IMG/VR virus record: IMGVR_UViG_3300042520_001767
Location: 96,001-160,000 of that record
Origin: a virus
Length of the DNA stretch: 64,000 nucleotides
Direction: 5' to 3' (one strand)
How positions within the stretch are numbered: position 1 is the stretch's first letter; every line of letters begins with the position of its first letter. Below the pieces are notes generated by a model. The model saw nothing but the letters and a program-made list of their open reading frames with translations, did not search any database and was not told the DNA's origin. Shown one piece after another: positions 10,519 to 20,493 of the stretch. Made by a program: the position numbers and the translations under genes.

Positions 10519-11382
10519 ATGATAAAAAAACCCTTACCATCAGCGACTACTAGAAAACCTAGAGTTAAAAAAGCTACAACTAATGTAGCTGAAGAAAAAA
10601 ATCCTTCATCAGATTTATTATCCCAAATAAGGATAGATATTAAACATAAAAATGAAACACAAAAAAAATTAACACAAGCAATCAAACAAAATGATGTAAC
10701 TATTTGCACTGGTTCTGCTGGGACTGGTAAAACGTTATTAAGTGTTTCAGAAGCGTTATTATTATTGAAAAATAAAAGTGATGTTTACCATGAAATTAAA
10801 TTAGTTAAATCGATAACTGAATTAAAGGGTGAAAGTATAGGTACCTTACCTGGGGATGCTAACGAGAAAATGTTACATATAATGATGTCATATTTAGATG
10901 CTTTTTATAAACTTATAGGTGAAGAATTAACAACTAAATTAATTGAAGCTGGATATATTAAAATGGAAGTTTTTGCTGCAATTCGTGGTCGTTCATTTAG
11001 TAATTGTATTATATTAGTAGATGAATTCCAAAATATAACACACGATAACGCTAAAACACTTCTAACTAGATTTTCAGATAATACAAAATTAGTTATATTA
11101 GGTGATACAGGTCAAATAGATATTAGAAATAAAACAGAAAGCTCATTAGATAGCTTAGCTAATAATGTGAATGCAAATCCAATTGATGGAGTATCAGTTA
11201 TCAATTTTACAGATAAAGATATTGTAAGGCATCGTTTAACCAGCTATTTTATCGGTCTTTTTTCCGACAATCAAACAAAAACAACTAAACCTAAATTGTT
11301 ACTCGAAAATAAAATCGAAGAAAAACCAAAAGATAAAGAAGAAACAAATTTATTAGTCAAAAGGTTTTCTTTTTTCAGATAA
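10519..11382 (+). CDS. phoH: PhoH-family ATPase
   Basis: GSAGTGKT Walker A, IRGRSF, DEFQN, GDTGQID and DIVRH. Confidence 0.9.
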   Translation: MIKKPLPSATTRKPRVKKATTNVAEEKNPSSDLLSQIRIDIKHKNETQKKLTQAIKQNDVTICTGSAGTGKTLLSVSEALLLLKNKSDVYHEIKLVKSITELKGESIGTLPGDANEKMLHIMMSYLDAFYKLIGEELTTKLIEAGYIKMEVFAAIRGRSFSNCIILVDEFQNITHDNAKTLLTRFSDNTKLVILGDTGQIDIRNKTESSLDSLANNVNANPIDGVSVINFTDKDIVRHRLTSYFIGLFSDNQTKTTKPKLLLENKIEEKPKDKEETNLLVKRFSFFR

Positions 11383-11397
11383 AAATAGTAATTAATA

Positions 11398-11430
11398 AAA
11401 AACCGTTGATATATCAACGGTTTTTCTTTT
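11398..11430. terminator. rho-independent terminator
   Basis: AAAAACCGTTGAT-AT-ATCAACGGTTTTT plus T tail, directly after phoH. Confidence 0.7.
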
Positions 11431-11516
11431 TTATTATAGTTTATTATTTACAAATTAATTATATTAATTATAATTGTTTATAATAAAATATAACATAAAA
11501 ATATAATAATTAAATT

Positions 11517-12125
11517 ATGGCTAAAATTTCGATTTCCTTAAATGAAGTACTTAGGGATTATGTTAGTCAACTAGCTTACACTTACGACAAATACATGGGT
11601 GAAAGTGGTGTAAAAGAACATGATATAACAAACTTTAATCTAATTGAATTTTTTAAATTTGATGATATCAACAAATTTAATACGTTTCTTTATTTAGAAG
11701 CACCACTAGAGATATTTGGTCATGCTGACCAAATGTCAGACGGTTTAATGAATCATTTTAATACTTTTTTAATGGATATTAAAGATGATGAAGAACACGA
11801 AATTGAACTTGTTAGTCGTGAAGTTGATAAAAGTATACCATCAACGTATTTCTTTTTATCTAAGACTGGTTGTAGAGCAGATAAAGTAAGGTTCGTTAAG
11901 GATTATGTTAGTGAATGGGATGGTGCTGATATACTAATTACAGCTAACCCACAAGCACTAGAATCAAAACCATCTGGTAAAATTAGTGTTAAAGTTAAAA
12001 CAACTTACAATGAAAACACACCTTCAGATTATGAAATTGATTCAATATTAGATTTCATTAACGATGAAGAACTTAGAAATAAAATATTAAATACAAAAAT
12101 AACAACTTACGAAGAAATTGACTAA
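11517..12125 (+). CDS. HAD-like 5'(3')-nucleotidase homologue with degenerate motif I
   Basis: ISISLNEVLRD aligns with the IxIDxDGVLxD motif of phage HAD nucleotidases, but both Asp residues are missing. Confidence 0.45.
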   Translation: MAKISISLNEVLRDYVSQLAYTYDKYMGESGVKEHDITNFNLIEFFKFDDINKFNTFLYLEAPLEIFGHADQMSDGLMNHFNTFLMDIKDDEEHEIELVSREVDKSIPSTYFFLSKTGCRADKVRFVKDYVSEWDGADILITANPQALESKPSGKISVKVKTTYNENTPSDYEIDSILDFINDEELRNKILNTKITTYEEID

Positions 12126-12126
12126 T

Positions 12127-12486
12127 ATGATTGAATTCGGTGGAAGCATCTATTATATTGACTTAGATGCATTAGAAAAAACAATTTTACCAGTTGGAGT
12201 CAAACCAACAGATAAAATAATTGAACGTGAAGAAAAAATTCATGTTGACTCAGATAATAATGTTGTACATACAGATATTACTGAAGTTAGTAAAGAAAGA
12301 GGTAGAGAAATCGATGGAGCCAAATACGAAATGGTTAGACTAATGTTGGAAATATTAATGGATGATATGGAAGAAGCTGATGACGCAACTTTAGGTGCTG
12401 AGAGAGCTTTAGAAAAAACATCATTATCATATAAAATAGCATTCAATACATTATATCATTATGGTATATTAAAAGAACAAGAATAA
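12127..12486 (+). CDS. hypothetical protein
   Basis: ORF from the track; ATG at 12127 follows the upstream stop. Confidence 0.55.
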   Translation: MIEFGGSIYYIDLDALEKTILPVGVKPTDKIIEREEKIHVDSDNNVVHTDITEVSKERGREIDGAKYEMVRLMLEILMDDMEEADDATLGAERALEKTSLSYKIAFNTLYHYGILKEQE

Positions 12487-12510
12487 TATAAAAAATAAAA
12501 TAAAATAAAA

Positions 12511-13665
12511 ATGGAAGAACAAAAAAATCAAGTGGTAGAACAAATCAAACAAGTAAAAGAGGTTCTAGCTAAATTAGAATCTAAAGATTTTAACTTATAC
12601 TTTTTTACCTTAGACACTAAAGGTAACCCAACAGCTGGTATTGCTAATATTTACGAACATGTTAAAATTTTAAATGATTTAGGATATAGAGCGAGTATAT
12701 TACATGAAAAAAATGATTACAAATTAAGAGGTGACCAAGAAGGTAATGGTATCGCTGATTGGTTAGGTGAGGAATACGCTTTATTACCACATTCATCAAT
12801 TGAAGGGCAGCAATTAAATGTTAGTCCAGCTGATTTTATTATCATACCAGAAATATTCGCTAATATAATGGACCAAGTAAAAGGTTTCCCATGTAAAAAA
12901 GTTGTTTTCTCCCAAAGTTATGATTATTTACTAGAATTATTACCAATTGGTAAAAGATGGAATGTTGATTACGGTTTTACCGATGTAATCACGACAACTG
13001 AGAGACAATCAAATTACTTAAAGACAATGTTCCCATCAATCAAAACACATGTTATACCAGTATCTATACCATCTTATTTTAAAGATAGTGATAAACCAAA
13101 AATTCCAGTTGTAAGTATTTTAACTAGAAATCAAGGGGATGCTGCTAAAATCGCTAAATCTTTTTATCTTCAATACCCAATTTATAAATGGATTACATTT
13201 AAAGAATTAAGAGGTTTATCTAGAGAAGAATTCGCTACAGAATTAGGTAAATCATGTTTAGCTGTTTGGGTTGATGAACAATCTGGTTTTGGTACTTTCC
13301 CATTAGAAGCTATTGAGTGTAATACACCAGTAATTGGTAAAATACCAAATATGATTCCAGAATGGATGGAAAATGTTGATGAAGAAGGTAATATTTCTAT
13401 TAAACAAAACGGTATTTGGACAAATACAACACTTAATATCCCAGAATTAATCGCAACTTATTTAAAAGTCTGGTTAGAGGATTCAATCCCATCTGATTTA
13501 ACTGAAAATATTAATGAAACAAAAGGTTCTTATACTTCAGAAAAACAAGTATCTATAGCTAGTAAAGTTTACACAACATTACATGAAAATAGAATCTCTG
13601 AATTAAAAATAACTTTAGAAACATTGGAGAATACTGAAAAAGAATTAACTACAACTAACGCTTAA
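12511..13665 (+). CDS. GT4-like glycosyltransferase
   Basis: GIANIYEHVKILNDLGY, FIIIPE and GFGTFPLEAIECNTPVIG (ExxxxG). Confidence 0.6.
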   Translation: MEEQKNQVVEQIKQVKEVLAKLESKDFNLYFFTLDTKGNPTAGIANIYEHVKILNDLGYRASILHEKNDYKLRGDQEGNGIADWLGEEYALLPHSSIEGQQLNVSPADFIIIPEIFANIMDQVKGFPCKKVVFSQSYDYLLELLPIGKRWNVDYGFTDVITTTERQSNYLKTMFPSIKTHVIPVSIPSYFKDSDKPKIPVVSILTRNQGDAAKIAKSFYLQYPIYKWITFKELRGLSREEFATELGKSCLAVWVDEQSGFGTFPLEAIECNTPVIGKIPNMIPEWMENVDEEGNISIKQNGIWTNTTLNIPELIATYLKVWLEDSIPSDLTENINETKGSYTSEKQVSIASKVYTTLHENRISELKITLETLENTEKELTTTNA

Positions 13666-13679
13666 TAAAAACTATAAAT

Positions 13680-14477
13680 ATGAAAAATACAAATAATATT
13701 AGTGTTGTACTACCTGTGCACGAATTGAATGAAGAAACAAAAGTTTTATTTACAAACGCAGTACAAAGCGTTATAGACCAAACAATCAGACCAGACGAAT
13801 TAATTATTGTTGTTCCAAAAGGTAGCGATGTTGTTAAAACCGTTAAAAAAGTTGATTACGGTGATTATAAAAATTCAGTTAGAATTGTTGAAAATGATGG
13901 CGAAACTGATTTCGCATCACAAGTTAATTACGGGGTTTCAGTTTGTAAAACCGAATGGTTTTCAATCTTGGAATTGGATGATGAATACGCTAAAATTTGG
14001 TTCAAAAATGTTATTGAACATAGAGAAAAACACTCAAATGTTGATATCTTCATGCCAATTATCATTGATGTTGATAATGGTGGTCAATTTATTGGATTTA
14101 CAAATGAAGCAGTATGGGCTCAAAGTTTTTCAGATGAATTAGGTGTTTTAGACAATAATGCATTGTTAACATATCAAAACTTTAATATCGATGGAATGGT
14201 GATTAGAAAATCAGTTTATGATGATTTTGGTGGTTTTAAACCTAGTATCAAATTAACTTTTATCTATGAATTTTTACTACGTATGACTTTTAAAGATGCA
14301 AAGGTATTTGTTATTCCTAGATTTGGGTACAAACACTTAAACCAAAGGCCAGGTTCTCTATTCTCAACATATAAAGAAACCTTAGACCCAGTAGAAGCTA
14401 GATGGTGGTTATCAACAGCTAAAAAAGAATATTACTTCCCAGCTGATAGAAAAATAACATACGAAATTGAAAATTAA
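13680..14477 (+). CDS. GT2 glycosyltransferase
   Basis: ISVVLPV, SVIDQTIRPDELIIV, NYGVSVCKTEWFSILELDD and GGF. Confidence 0.7.
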   Translation: MKNTNNISVVLPVHELNEETKVLFTNAVQSVIDQTIRPDELIIVVPKGSDVVKTVKKVDYGDYKNSVRIVENDGETDFASQVNYGVSVCKTEWFSILELDDEYAKIWFKNVIEHREKHSNVDIFMPIIIDVDNGGQFIGFTNEAVWAQSFSDELGVLDNNALLTYQNFNIDGMVIRKSVYDDFGGFKPSIKLTFIYEFLLRMTFKDAKVFVIPRFGYKHLNQRPGSLFSTYKETLDPVEARWWLSTAKKEYYFPADRKITYEIEN

Positions 14478-14480
14478 TGA

Positions 14481-15209
14481 ATGGTAACTAAACGAGGACG
14501 CAAGAGAAAAAATGATATGTATTTTGGTCCAGAAGAAGAAGAAGCCGTTATTAATTTTTTAGAATCAACAAACGAAATAGAAAGGAACCTCATTTTTAAC
14601 GAGTGGTTGAAAGAACCACTCGATAAAATGATTGAATCCATAATTAGAAGGTATAAACTGTACAGAAAAGGAGAAACTTTTGAAGAGTTGCATAGCGACA
14701 CCGTATCTTTTCTAATGACAAAAGTACATAAGTTTGAAAGTGGTAGAGGGAAAAAAGCTTATTCATATTTTGGGACTATAAGTAAAAATTATATTCTTGG
14801 TTTGTTAATCAAGGATGAAAAAAACATAAAACAAATGGCTTCATACGAAGAGATGTCTGAAACTATTGAAGAACGTGAAGATTTAACATATATTATTGAT
14901 GATGATAATTTTTTAATGGATGAATTTATCAAAAAATTATCTAATGGTATTAAAGAAGAATTAAACAATGAAACACTACCTATTAAAAAAAGGTTAAACG
15001 AAAATGAAAAAAAAGTTGGTCTAGCTTTAATTGAAATTTTAGAGAATTGGGAAACAGCTTTTGAATCTATGGATGGTGGTTCTAAATATAATAAAAATTC
15101 AGTGTTAGAGACGATGAGAAATTATACCAACCTATCAACAAAAGATATTAGATTAGCAATGAAAAGATATAAAGAACTTTATGAATTATTAAAACATCAT
15201 GGGTTGTAA
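14481..15209 (+). CDS. late-transcription sigma factor (T4 gp55-like)
   Basis: KFESGRGKKAYSYFGTISKNY resembles sigma region 2 / gp55 FDPEK..AFSYFT.I..N; size and position before structural genes fit. Confidence 0.6.
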   Translation: MVTKRGRKRKNDMYFGPEEEEAVINFLESTNEIERNLIFNEWLKEPLDKMIESIIRRYKLYRKGETFEELHSDTVSFLMTKVHKFESGRGKKAYSYFGTISKNYILGLLIKDEKNIKQMASYEEMSETIEEREDLTYIIDDDNFLMDEFIKKLSNGIKEELNNETLPIKKRLNENEKKVGLALIEILENWETAFESMDGGSKYNKNSVLETMRNYTNLSTKDIRLAMKRYKELYELLKHHGL

Positions 15210-15277
15210 AAAATTGTTATAAAATTATTTTATTATCTATTTATATTAAATAACAATATAATTAAAACATAGAAATT

Positions 15278-15670
15278 TTGCCAAGAAAACAAAAACAAGT
15301 AATTAAAACAAATAGTGATGATTCATTATCTGGTCTTATGCAAGAAACGTATAATGATGCGTGTTTACAAATAAATGACGCACAAAAAACAATTAATGAA
15401 TTATCAGCTAGTGCAACACCAGCAGATGTTGATGATTTAACTAAAATCGCTAAAGAAAAAGGTGGTCTTTTAAAAATAAAAGACTCCGCAATCAGAATCA
15501 AATTAGAGTTAGCTAAATTACAAAGTGATATAATTAAAAATCGTGGAGATATTGAAACTACTATAAATGAAAGAAGTCATGGAACGGCATCAATATCTGA
15601 TTTTAAATCAATTAGAGAGATGCTAAAGAATGATAATAAAAATAATTTTTTAGGTGATGAAAACGAATAA
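15278..15670 (+). CDS. hypothetical helical protein (weak terminase small subunit candidate)
   Basis: TTG start, 130 aa, coiled-coil character; preceded by TATTTATA. Confidence 0.45.
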   Translation: MPRKQKQVIKTNSDDSLSGLMQETYNDACLQINDAQKTINELSASATPADVDDLTKIAKEKGGLLKIKDSAIRIKLELAKLQSDIIKNRGDIETTINERSHGTASISDFKSIREMLKNDNKNNFLGDENE

Positions 15671-15672
15671 CT

Positions 15673-17112
15673 ATGTCATTATTAGAAAAAAAACAAAAAG
15701 TTTTTGGTGAAATAGCAGCCGCTAGAACATTAACCGAAGGAATGCCAAAGATGTACAAAAATTCATCTTTCCCTTCGATTAATAATAAAGGTGACACTAT
15801 CACATTTTTAACTGATTTAATACAATCTTTAATTGGGTATATAGCTTTAATTAATGTTATTGTAGATATATTAACCCATCAGCTAGAAAAAATTGAAAGA
15901 GAAATTAAAAAAGCTCTTAAAACTGAATTAAAATCAATTGTAAGTTGTGGTGTTGACCCTAGTTTACCTAGCTTCATTAAATCTAAAGGTATAATAATCG
16001 AAGTTAAAAAAATTGATTTTTTAAATCTTTTTAAAATAGATGCAACAACTAAAGTTGGTGGTTTACTATATAATGACGTAACAACACCATTAGTTGATTC
16101 TTCTGATTTTAATACATTTCTTTACGGTGTAATACAAGGAGATGGGGCAACATATACTTGGAAAGATAAAAATGGTGTTGGATTATTTGATATAACTTTT
16201 AACTCTATCGGTGATTCTACTAGACCAAACAATTCTTTAACTATTAAATCAAATGCAGATTATAATTCAAAAACACTTAGCGATTTAAATAATAATTTTA
16301 TCGATTCACTTACATTGTTTAATTCAGCTAATATCCTAAGTAGAATTATCGACACCATTTTCGGTTCAATTTCTTTTCAAATTAAAAAACCTAGACTCCA
16401 ATTAGAAATGGAAGAAAAGGTAAATAAAATTGTTGATAAATTGGTAGATGAAGATATAAACGCAAAAGAAAGTGATTCTAATGATGACACTTTTTTTACT
16501 TTTAGTAATGACGAAATATCAATTATTGAAAGACGTTCTAGTGAAAGACAAAGAGGTGTTATCAAGATAAAAACATCAGAAACAATTGATGGTTCTATCC
16601 CAGTATCTACACTCACCAATTTTAATGATTCATTATCTACAACTACAACAATACAAGAAAAAAAATACGTAATATCAACTAGTCTAGATAACATGGCTAA
16701 TCAAAGTACCAGTAATGTTAAATTAAATGTAGATAAAGGTTCTGTTAAATTAAATTTTTTCCAATTAATTATTACGAATATTATTAAATCTATTGTGGGT
16801 GTTATCCTATCACCTAAAGTTGTTTTTATTTTTTTAATAAATTATAACATAATTTACGGACCAGATGTTAAATTTAATGATTCAGTTGATTTTATTAAAA
16901 AGTGTAAAAACTTATTCAAACAAATAATTAAAAGAATTTCTGGGTTGATAATTAAAATACTATTATCAATTGCTTTACAAAAAATAGCAAAACTAGTGGG
17001 TGATGCCGTAGCTAAAAAAAACACGGAAAAAATAAAAAATAAAAAATCTCAGTTATTAAGTCTTGTTGGTGTATCACAAGATATTTTGAGAACAATTAAA
17101 GGATTAACATAA
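15673..17112 (+). CDS. hypothetical, probably structural (baseplate/tail region) protein
   Basis: 479-aa ORF in an operon upstream of the gp5-like gene. Confidence 0.5.
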   Translation: MSLLEKKQKVFGEIAAARTLTEGMPKMYKNSSFPSINNKGDTITFLTDLIQSLIGYIALINVIVDILTHQLEKIEREIKKALKTELKSIVSCGVDPSLPSFIKSKGIIIEVKKIDFLNLFKIDATTKVGGLLYNDVTTPLVDSSDFNTFLYGVIQGDGATYTWKDKNGVGLFDITFNSIGDSTRPNNSLTIKSNADYNSKTLSDLNNNFIDSLTLFNSANILSRIIDTIFGSISFQIKKPRLQLEMEEKVNKIVDKLVDEDINAKESDSNDDTFFTFSNDEISIIERRSSERQRGVIKIKTSETIDGSIPVSTLTNFNDSLSTTTTIQEKKYVISTSLDNMANQSTSNVKLNVDKGSVKLNFFQLIITNIIKSIVGVILSPKVVFIFLINYNIIYGPDVKFNDSVDFIKKCKNLFKQIIKRISGLIIKILLSIALQKIAKLVGDAVAKKNTEKIKNKKSQLLSLVGVSQDILRTIKGLT

Positions 17113-17516
17113 TGTTAGAAATAAATACACTTAGTAATATATTAAATTTAATTTTATCAGCATTCGCAATCCCAGATGAACCAGTTGCACCACTACCACC
17201 ACCATTAATTGTTGTGGGGGCTCAACTAAGACCAGGCATGTCATCGCAAGCAATTGCAGCTAGAATTATTTCCAGACAATCAGAATCTGGTAGACAAGTT
17301 GGTGATGTATTTGCTGATGGACCAAATGTAGATGAAACTATGGAATTAATTAGAGTAGAAGAAATATTAAATTCGTTATTAACAGAATCGGTTGTTAATA
17401 TTGCAATACCACCTGGGATTTCAGTTACAACAGTAGGTGTTGGTAATTTAGGTGCACCAGTTATTTCACAAGGTGTTACAACAACTATTGCAGTTGGGAA
17501 TGGAATAATTAGATAA
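17112..17516 (+). CDS. hypothetical, possibly spike-associated protein
   Basis: G/V/P/T-rich beta-type C-terminus (PPGISVTTVGVGNLGAPVISQG); coupled to its neighbours. Confidence 0.45.
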   Translation: MLEINTLSNILNLILSAFAIPDEPVAPLPPPLIVVGAQLRPGMSSQAIAARIISRQSESGRQVGDVFADGPNVDETMELIRVEEILNSLLTESVVNIAIPPGISVTTVGVGNLGAPVISQGVTTTIAVGNGIIR

Positions 17517-17525
17517 ATTTTTATT

Positions 17526-17714
17526 ATGGAAGAAAAAAAAGATAATTTAGAGTCAAAAACAAACAATGAAATATTATTCCACATCAAACAATTAGAATCA
17601 GACCATGAAGCTATTAAATTGAGAATGATATTAGATTTTGACAAATTAGTTGAAATAGAAAAAAGCTTTGACCAAGCAAATAGAATAATTTTAAAAAGAT
17701 TAAAAGGAGAATAA
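17526..17714 (+). CDS. small coiled-coil hypothetical protein
   Basis: 62-aa ORF that fills the gap exactly. Confidence 0.5.
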   Translation: MEEKKDNLESKTNNEILFHIKQLESDHEAIKLRMILDFDKLVEIEKSFDQANRIILKRLKGE

Positions 17715-17715
17715 T

Positions 17716-18714
17716 ATGTATTTTATAGGAAACGGTACGAATAAAGTTTTCATGACAAACAGTGAATACAACCAAGACAATTTTAAATATTTAAAATATG
17801 GTGTTGTTGATTCGATTGAAGATGAAAATGGAATGGGTAGAATTAAAGTCAGAATCAACGGTTCACCAACTGTAGGTGGCGATGGTGATTTACCTACAAA
17901 AGAACTACCATGGGCTTTTCCGTTGTTACCAAAACACCTTTCAACAATCCCAAAAGTAGGTGAAGTTGTATGGATTTTTATAATGGGTAAAACTTCGCAA
18001 CACGCTGATAGACTTTATATCGGACCAATTATTTCTCAATTAGATAAATTAGAAAATGATAAAGCATCAGCTTTAACACCTTTAAGACCTTTTACGTTTG
18101 GACAACTAACATCTGGACCTCCAGTGTTAAGCGACAACACAACAAATAAAATTATACCAGAATTAATTGGTGTTTTCCCTAAATCTGATGAAATTTCAAT
18201 ACAAGGTAGATATAATACAGATATAACCCAAAAAAATAATGAAGTTGTAATTAGAGCTGGAAAATTTGAATCATCTAATTCCAATCAATTTAAAATTGCT
18301 TTTAATAGTAAAACACAGGGGTTTATTCAAATAAAAAATGGTGTTAAAATTCCAATATCAGATGATGATGAAACAACAGAAACTGGTACTGTTATTAATA
18401 TAGTTTCAAGTAAAATTAATTTATTAACACATAAAAACGGGTCACCAAATATAACCTTAAACCAAGAGAACCTTATTAGTGATGAGGAATTAACCAATAT
18501 TTTAAAAGATGCACACCAATTACCATTTGGTGATATTTTATTAGATTATTTACGATTACTTAAAGACGCAATTTGTTCACATGTACACAACGGAAATGGT
18601 AACCCAGCCACTGACTTAACAGCTTCTGGAAATATACAAGCGATAGCCGCTTTAAAATCAAAAGCTGAAGATTTAGAAAAAAGAATGTTAAGTAAGAATA
18701 TTCGTATTAATTAA
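17716..18714 (+). CDS. baseplate central spike, gp5/VgrG-like OB-fold protein
   Basis: YGVVDSIEDENGMGRIKVRI...WAFPLL...IPKVGEVVWIF OB fold, and a C-terminal HVH metal-binding tip motif (SHVHNG). Confidence 0.75.
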   Translation: MYFIGNGTNKVFMTNSEYNQDNFKYLKYGVVDSIEDENGMGRIKVRINGSPTVGGDGDLPTKELPWAFPLLPKHLSTIPKVGEVVWIFIMGKTSQHADRLYIGPIISQLDKLENDKASALTPLRPFTFGQLTSGPPVLSDNTTNKIIPELIGVFPKSDEISIQGRYNTDITQKNNEVVIRAGKFESSNSNQFKIAFNSKTQGFIQIKNGVKIPISDDDETTETGTVINIVSSKINLLTHKNGSPNITLNQENLISDEELTNILKDAHQLPFGDILLDYLRLLKDAICSHVHNGNGNPATDLTASGNIQAIAALKSKAEDLEKRMLSKNIRIN

Positions 18715-18752
18715 TATTTTTATATATAAGTTAACATTTCTATATTAAATGA

Positions 18753-18760
18753 TATTTATA
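18753..18760 (+). promoter_or_regulatory. putative phage late-promoter motif TATTTATA (representative copy)
   Basis: The same motif occurs on the sense strand upstream of more than 15 genes on both strands (see findings). Confidence 0.55.
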
Positions 18761-18775
18761 TATAAAATATAATCA

Positions 18776-20182
18776 ATGGTAATTAGAACCTTTTTCGATA
18801 AGAATAACACAATAGTTTACAATTCAAATGTAAATACTGGGTTAAACCCTATAACTGAACTATTTTATGGTGGTCCAGCTGGAAATAACAACTACAGTAG
18901 GTTTTTATTTTATTTTGATGAAACAAGAATTAAATCACTTTATAGTGGTGGTACATTCACTGATTTATCCAAACTAAAACATACTCTTAGAATGACAAAT
19001 ACAGGTTCTTTTGATAAGGAATTGTTAAATTCAACAATAGGTTCAAAAGACAGAACAGCATCATTTAATCTAATATTATTTAAAATCGACCAACCATGGG
19101 ATAATGGTGTTGGGTATGATTATGAAATCCCATTATTAACTTTTGGTGACTCAGCTTACTATGTGGGTGCGTCAAACTGGGTTAGAGCTCAAACTGGTAT
19201 TGAGTGGAATGGCGGAGCAGGTGTTTATTCTGGTTCACCAGCTTCTATCACTATAGCTTCACAACATTTTGATAAAGGTAATGAAAATATAGAAATGGAT
19301 ATTACTGATTATGTTAATGGTGTGTTAACTGGTGATACTAATTATGGTTTAGGTATAGCATATGATAGAAGTTATGAATTATTAAATACAACAGCACCAC
19401 AATATGTTGGTTTCTTCACAAATAACACACAAACATTCTACGAACCGTATATTGAAACAATATATGATAACCATATAAAAGATGATAGAAATAATTTTTA
19501 TTTAGATAAAAATAATAAATTATATCTGTATGTTAATTTAGGTGGTAACCCAACAAACTTAGATTCTATACCAATAGTTGAAATATACGACTATACCGAT
19601 ACATTGTTTTCATCATTCACTCAATCACAAGTAACACACGTAACAAAAGGTGTTTATTCTATTGATTTAATTATCCCATCAAATGGTTCAAATGATTGCG
19701 TTATGTATAATGATATTTGGAAAAATATAGTAATTAATGGAATAACTAGACCAGATATTTCTTTAGATTTTGCAATGAAAGATTCTACGGAATATTACAA
19801 TATAGGAACATCTGATAACCTACCTAAGAAAACTGCCGTAAGTGTTTCTGGTGTACAAAACAATGAGAAAATAAAACGTGGTGATGTTAGAAAAATAATT
19901 GTTTCTGCTAGAATACCCTATACGGTAGAACAATCTCAACTTATTGATGATATAAAATATAGGTTATATGTTACTGAAGGTAAATCAGAATTAACTGTAA
20001 TTGATTTTCAACAAATTGAAATGAGTAATAATCACTATTACTTATTATTAGATACTGCTAGTCTTATACCAAATACATATTATTTGGATATACTAGTTAC
20101 ATCTAATTTAGAGGTAACAACACTAAAAAATGTATTACAATTTGATATTATTAATCAAGTTGATATGCGTAAATCACAATAG
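18776..20182 (+). CDS. hypothetical virion-associated protein
   Basis: 468 aa, beta-rich, preceded by TATTTATA. Confidence 0.5.
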   Translation: MVIRTFFDKNNTIVYNSNVNTGLNPITELFYGGPAGNNNYSRFLFYFDETRIKSLYSGGTFTDLSKLKHTLRMTNTGSFDKELLNSTIGSKDRTASFNLILFKIDQPWDNGVGYDYEIPLLTFGDSAYYVGASNWVRAQTGIEWNGGAGVYSGSPASITIASQHFDKGNENIEMDITDYVNGVLTGDTNYGLGIAYDRSYELLNTTAPQYVGFFTNNTQTFYEPYIETIYDNHIKDDRNNFYLDKNNKLYLYVNLGGNPTNLDSIPIVEIYDYTDTLFSSFTQSQVTHVTKGVYSIDLIIPSNGSNDCVMYNDIWKNIVINGITRPDISLDFAMKDSTEYYNIGTSDNLPKKTAVSVSGVQNNEKIKRGDVRKIIVSARIPYTVEQSQLIDDIKYRLYVTEGKSELTVIDFQQIEMSNNHYYLLLDTASLIPNTYYLDILVTSNLEVTTLKNVLQFDIINQVDMRKSQ

Positions 20183-20191
20183 ATAGAAAAC

Positions 20192-20491
20192 ATGAAAAAT
20201 CTTTTAAATTTTACATTACCAATAATTCCACTAGATAAAGCAAATCATTTTATTTATGGTTTTATTATTTTTATAATCTCAAGTTTTATAATAACAATAG
20301 CAACAAATCAAAACTCTAATTATACCACTTTAAATACAAATGTAATTTCATTGTTAATAACAACGTTATTTGCATTATTTAAAGAAATTAAAGACCAAAT
20401 AATTTATAAAGGTTTTTGTTGGCCTGATTTATTAACAACTATTATTCCTAGTATTTTGATAACGTTATTGGATTACTTAAACATGGTTTAA
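20192..20491 (+). CDS. small membrane protein (VanZ-like)
   Basis: DKANHFIYG, FKEIKD and WPDLLTT with three hydrophobic segments. Confidence 0.5.
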   Translation: MKNLLNFTLPIIPLDKANHFIYGFIIFIISSFIITIATNQNSNYTTLNTNVISLLITTLFALFKEIKDQIIYKGFCWPDLLTTIIPSILITLLDYLNMV

Positions 20492-20493
20492 AT

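Noticed and set aside
13673-13680. Canonical T4 late promoter TATAAATA on the sense strand
   Set aside because: The only such copy I noted upstream of a gene overlaps the start codon, whereas the opposite orientation dominates across the window.
1-14477. Bacterial chromosomal O-antigen/capsule locus or eukaryotic giant virus
   Set aside because: There are no wzx/wzy/wzz or export genes, the region is contiguous with T4-like head genes, and it shares the same composition.
20192-20491. Holin
   Set aside because: It is hydrophobic, but no adjacent endolysin is present and the motifs fit a VanZ-like family better.
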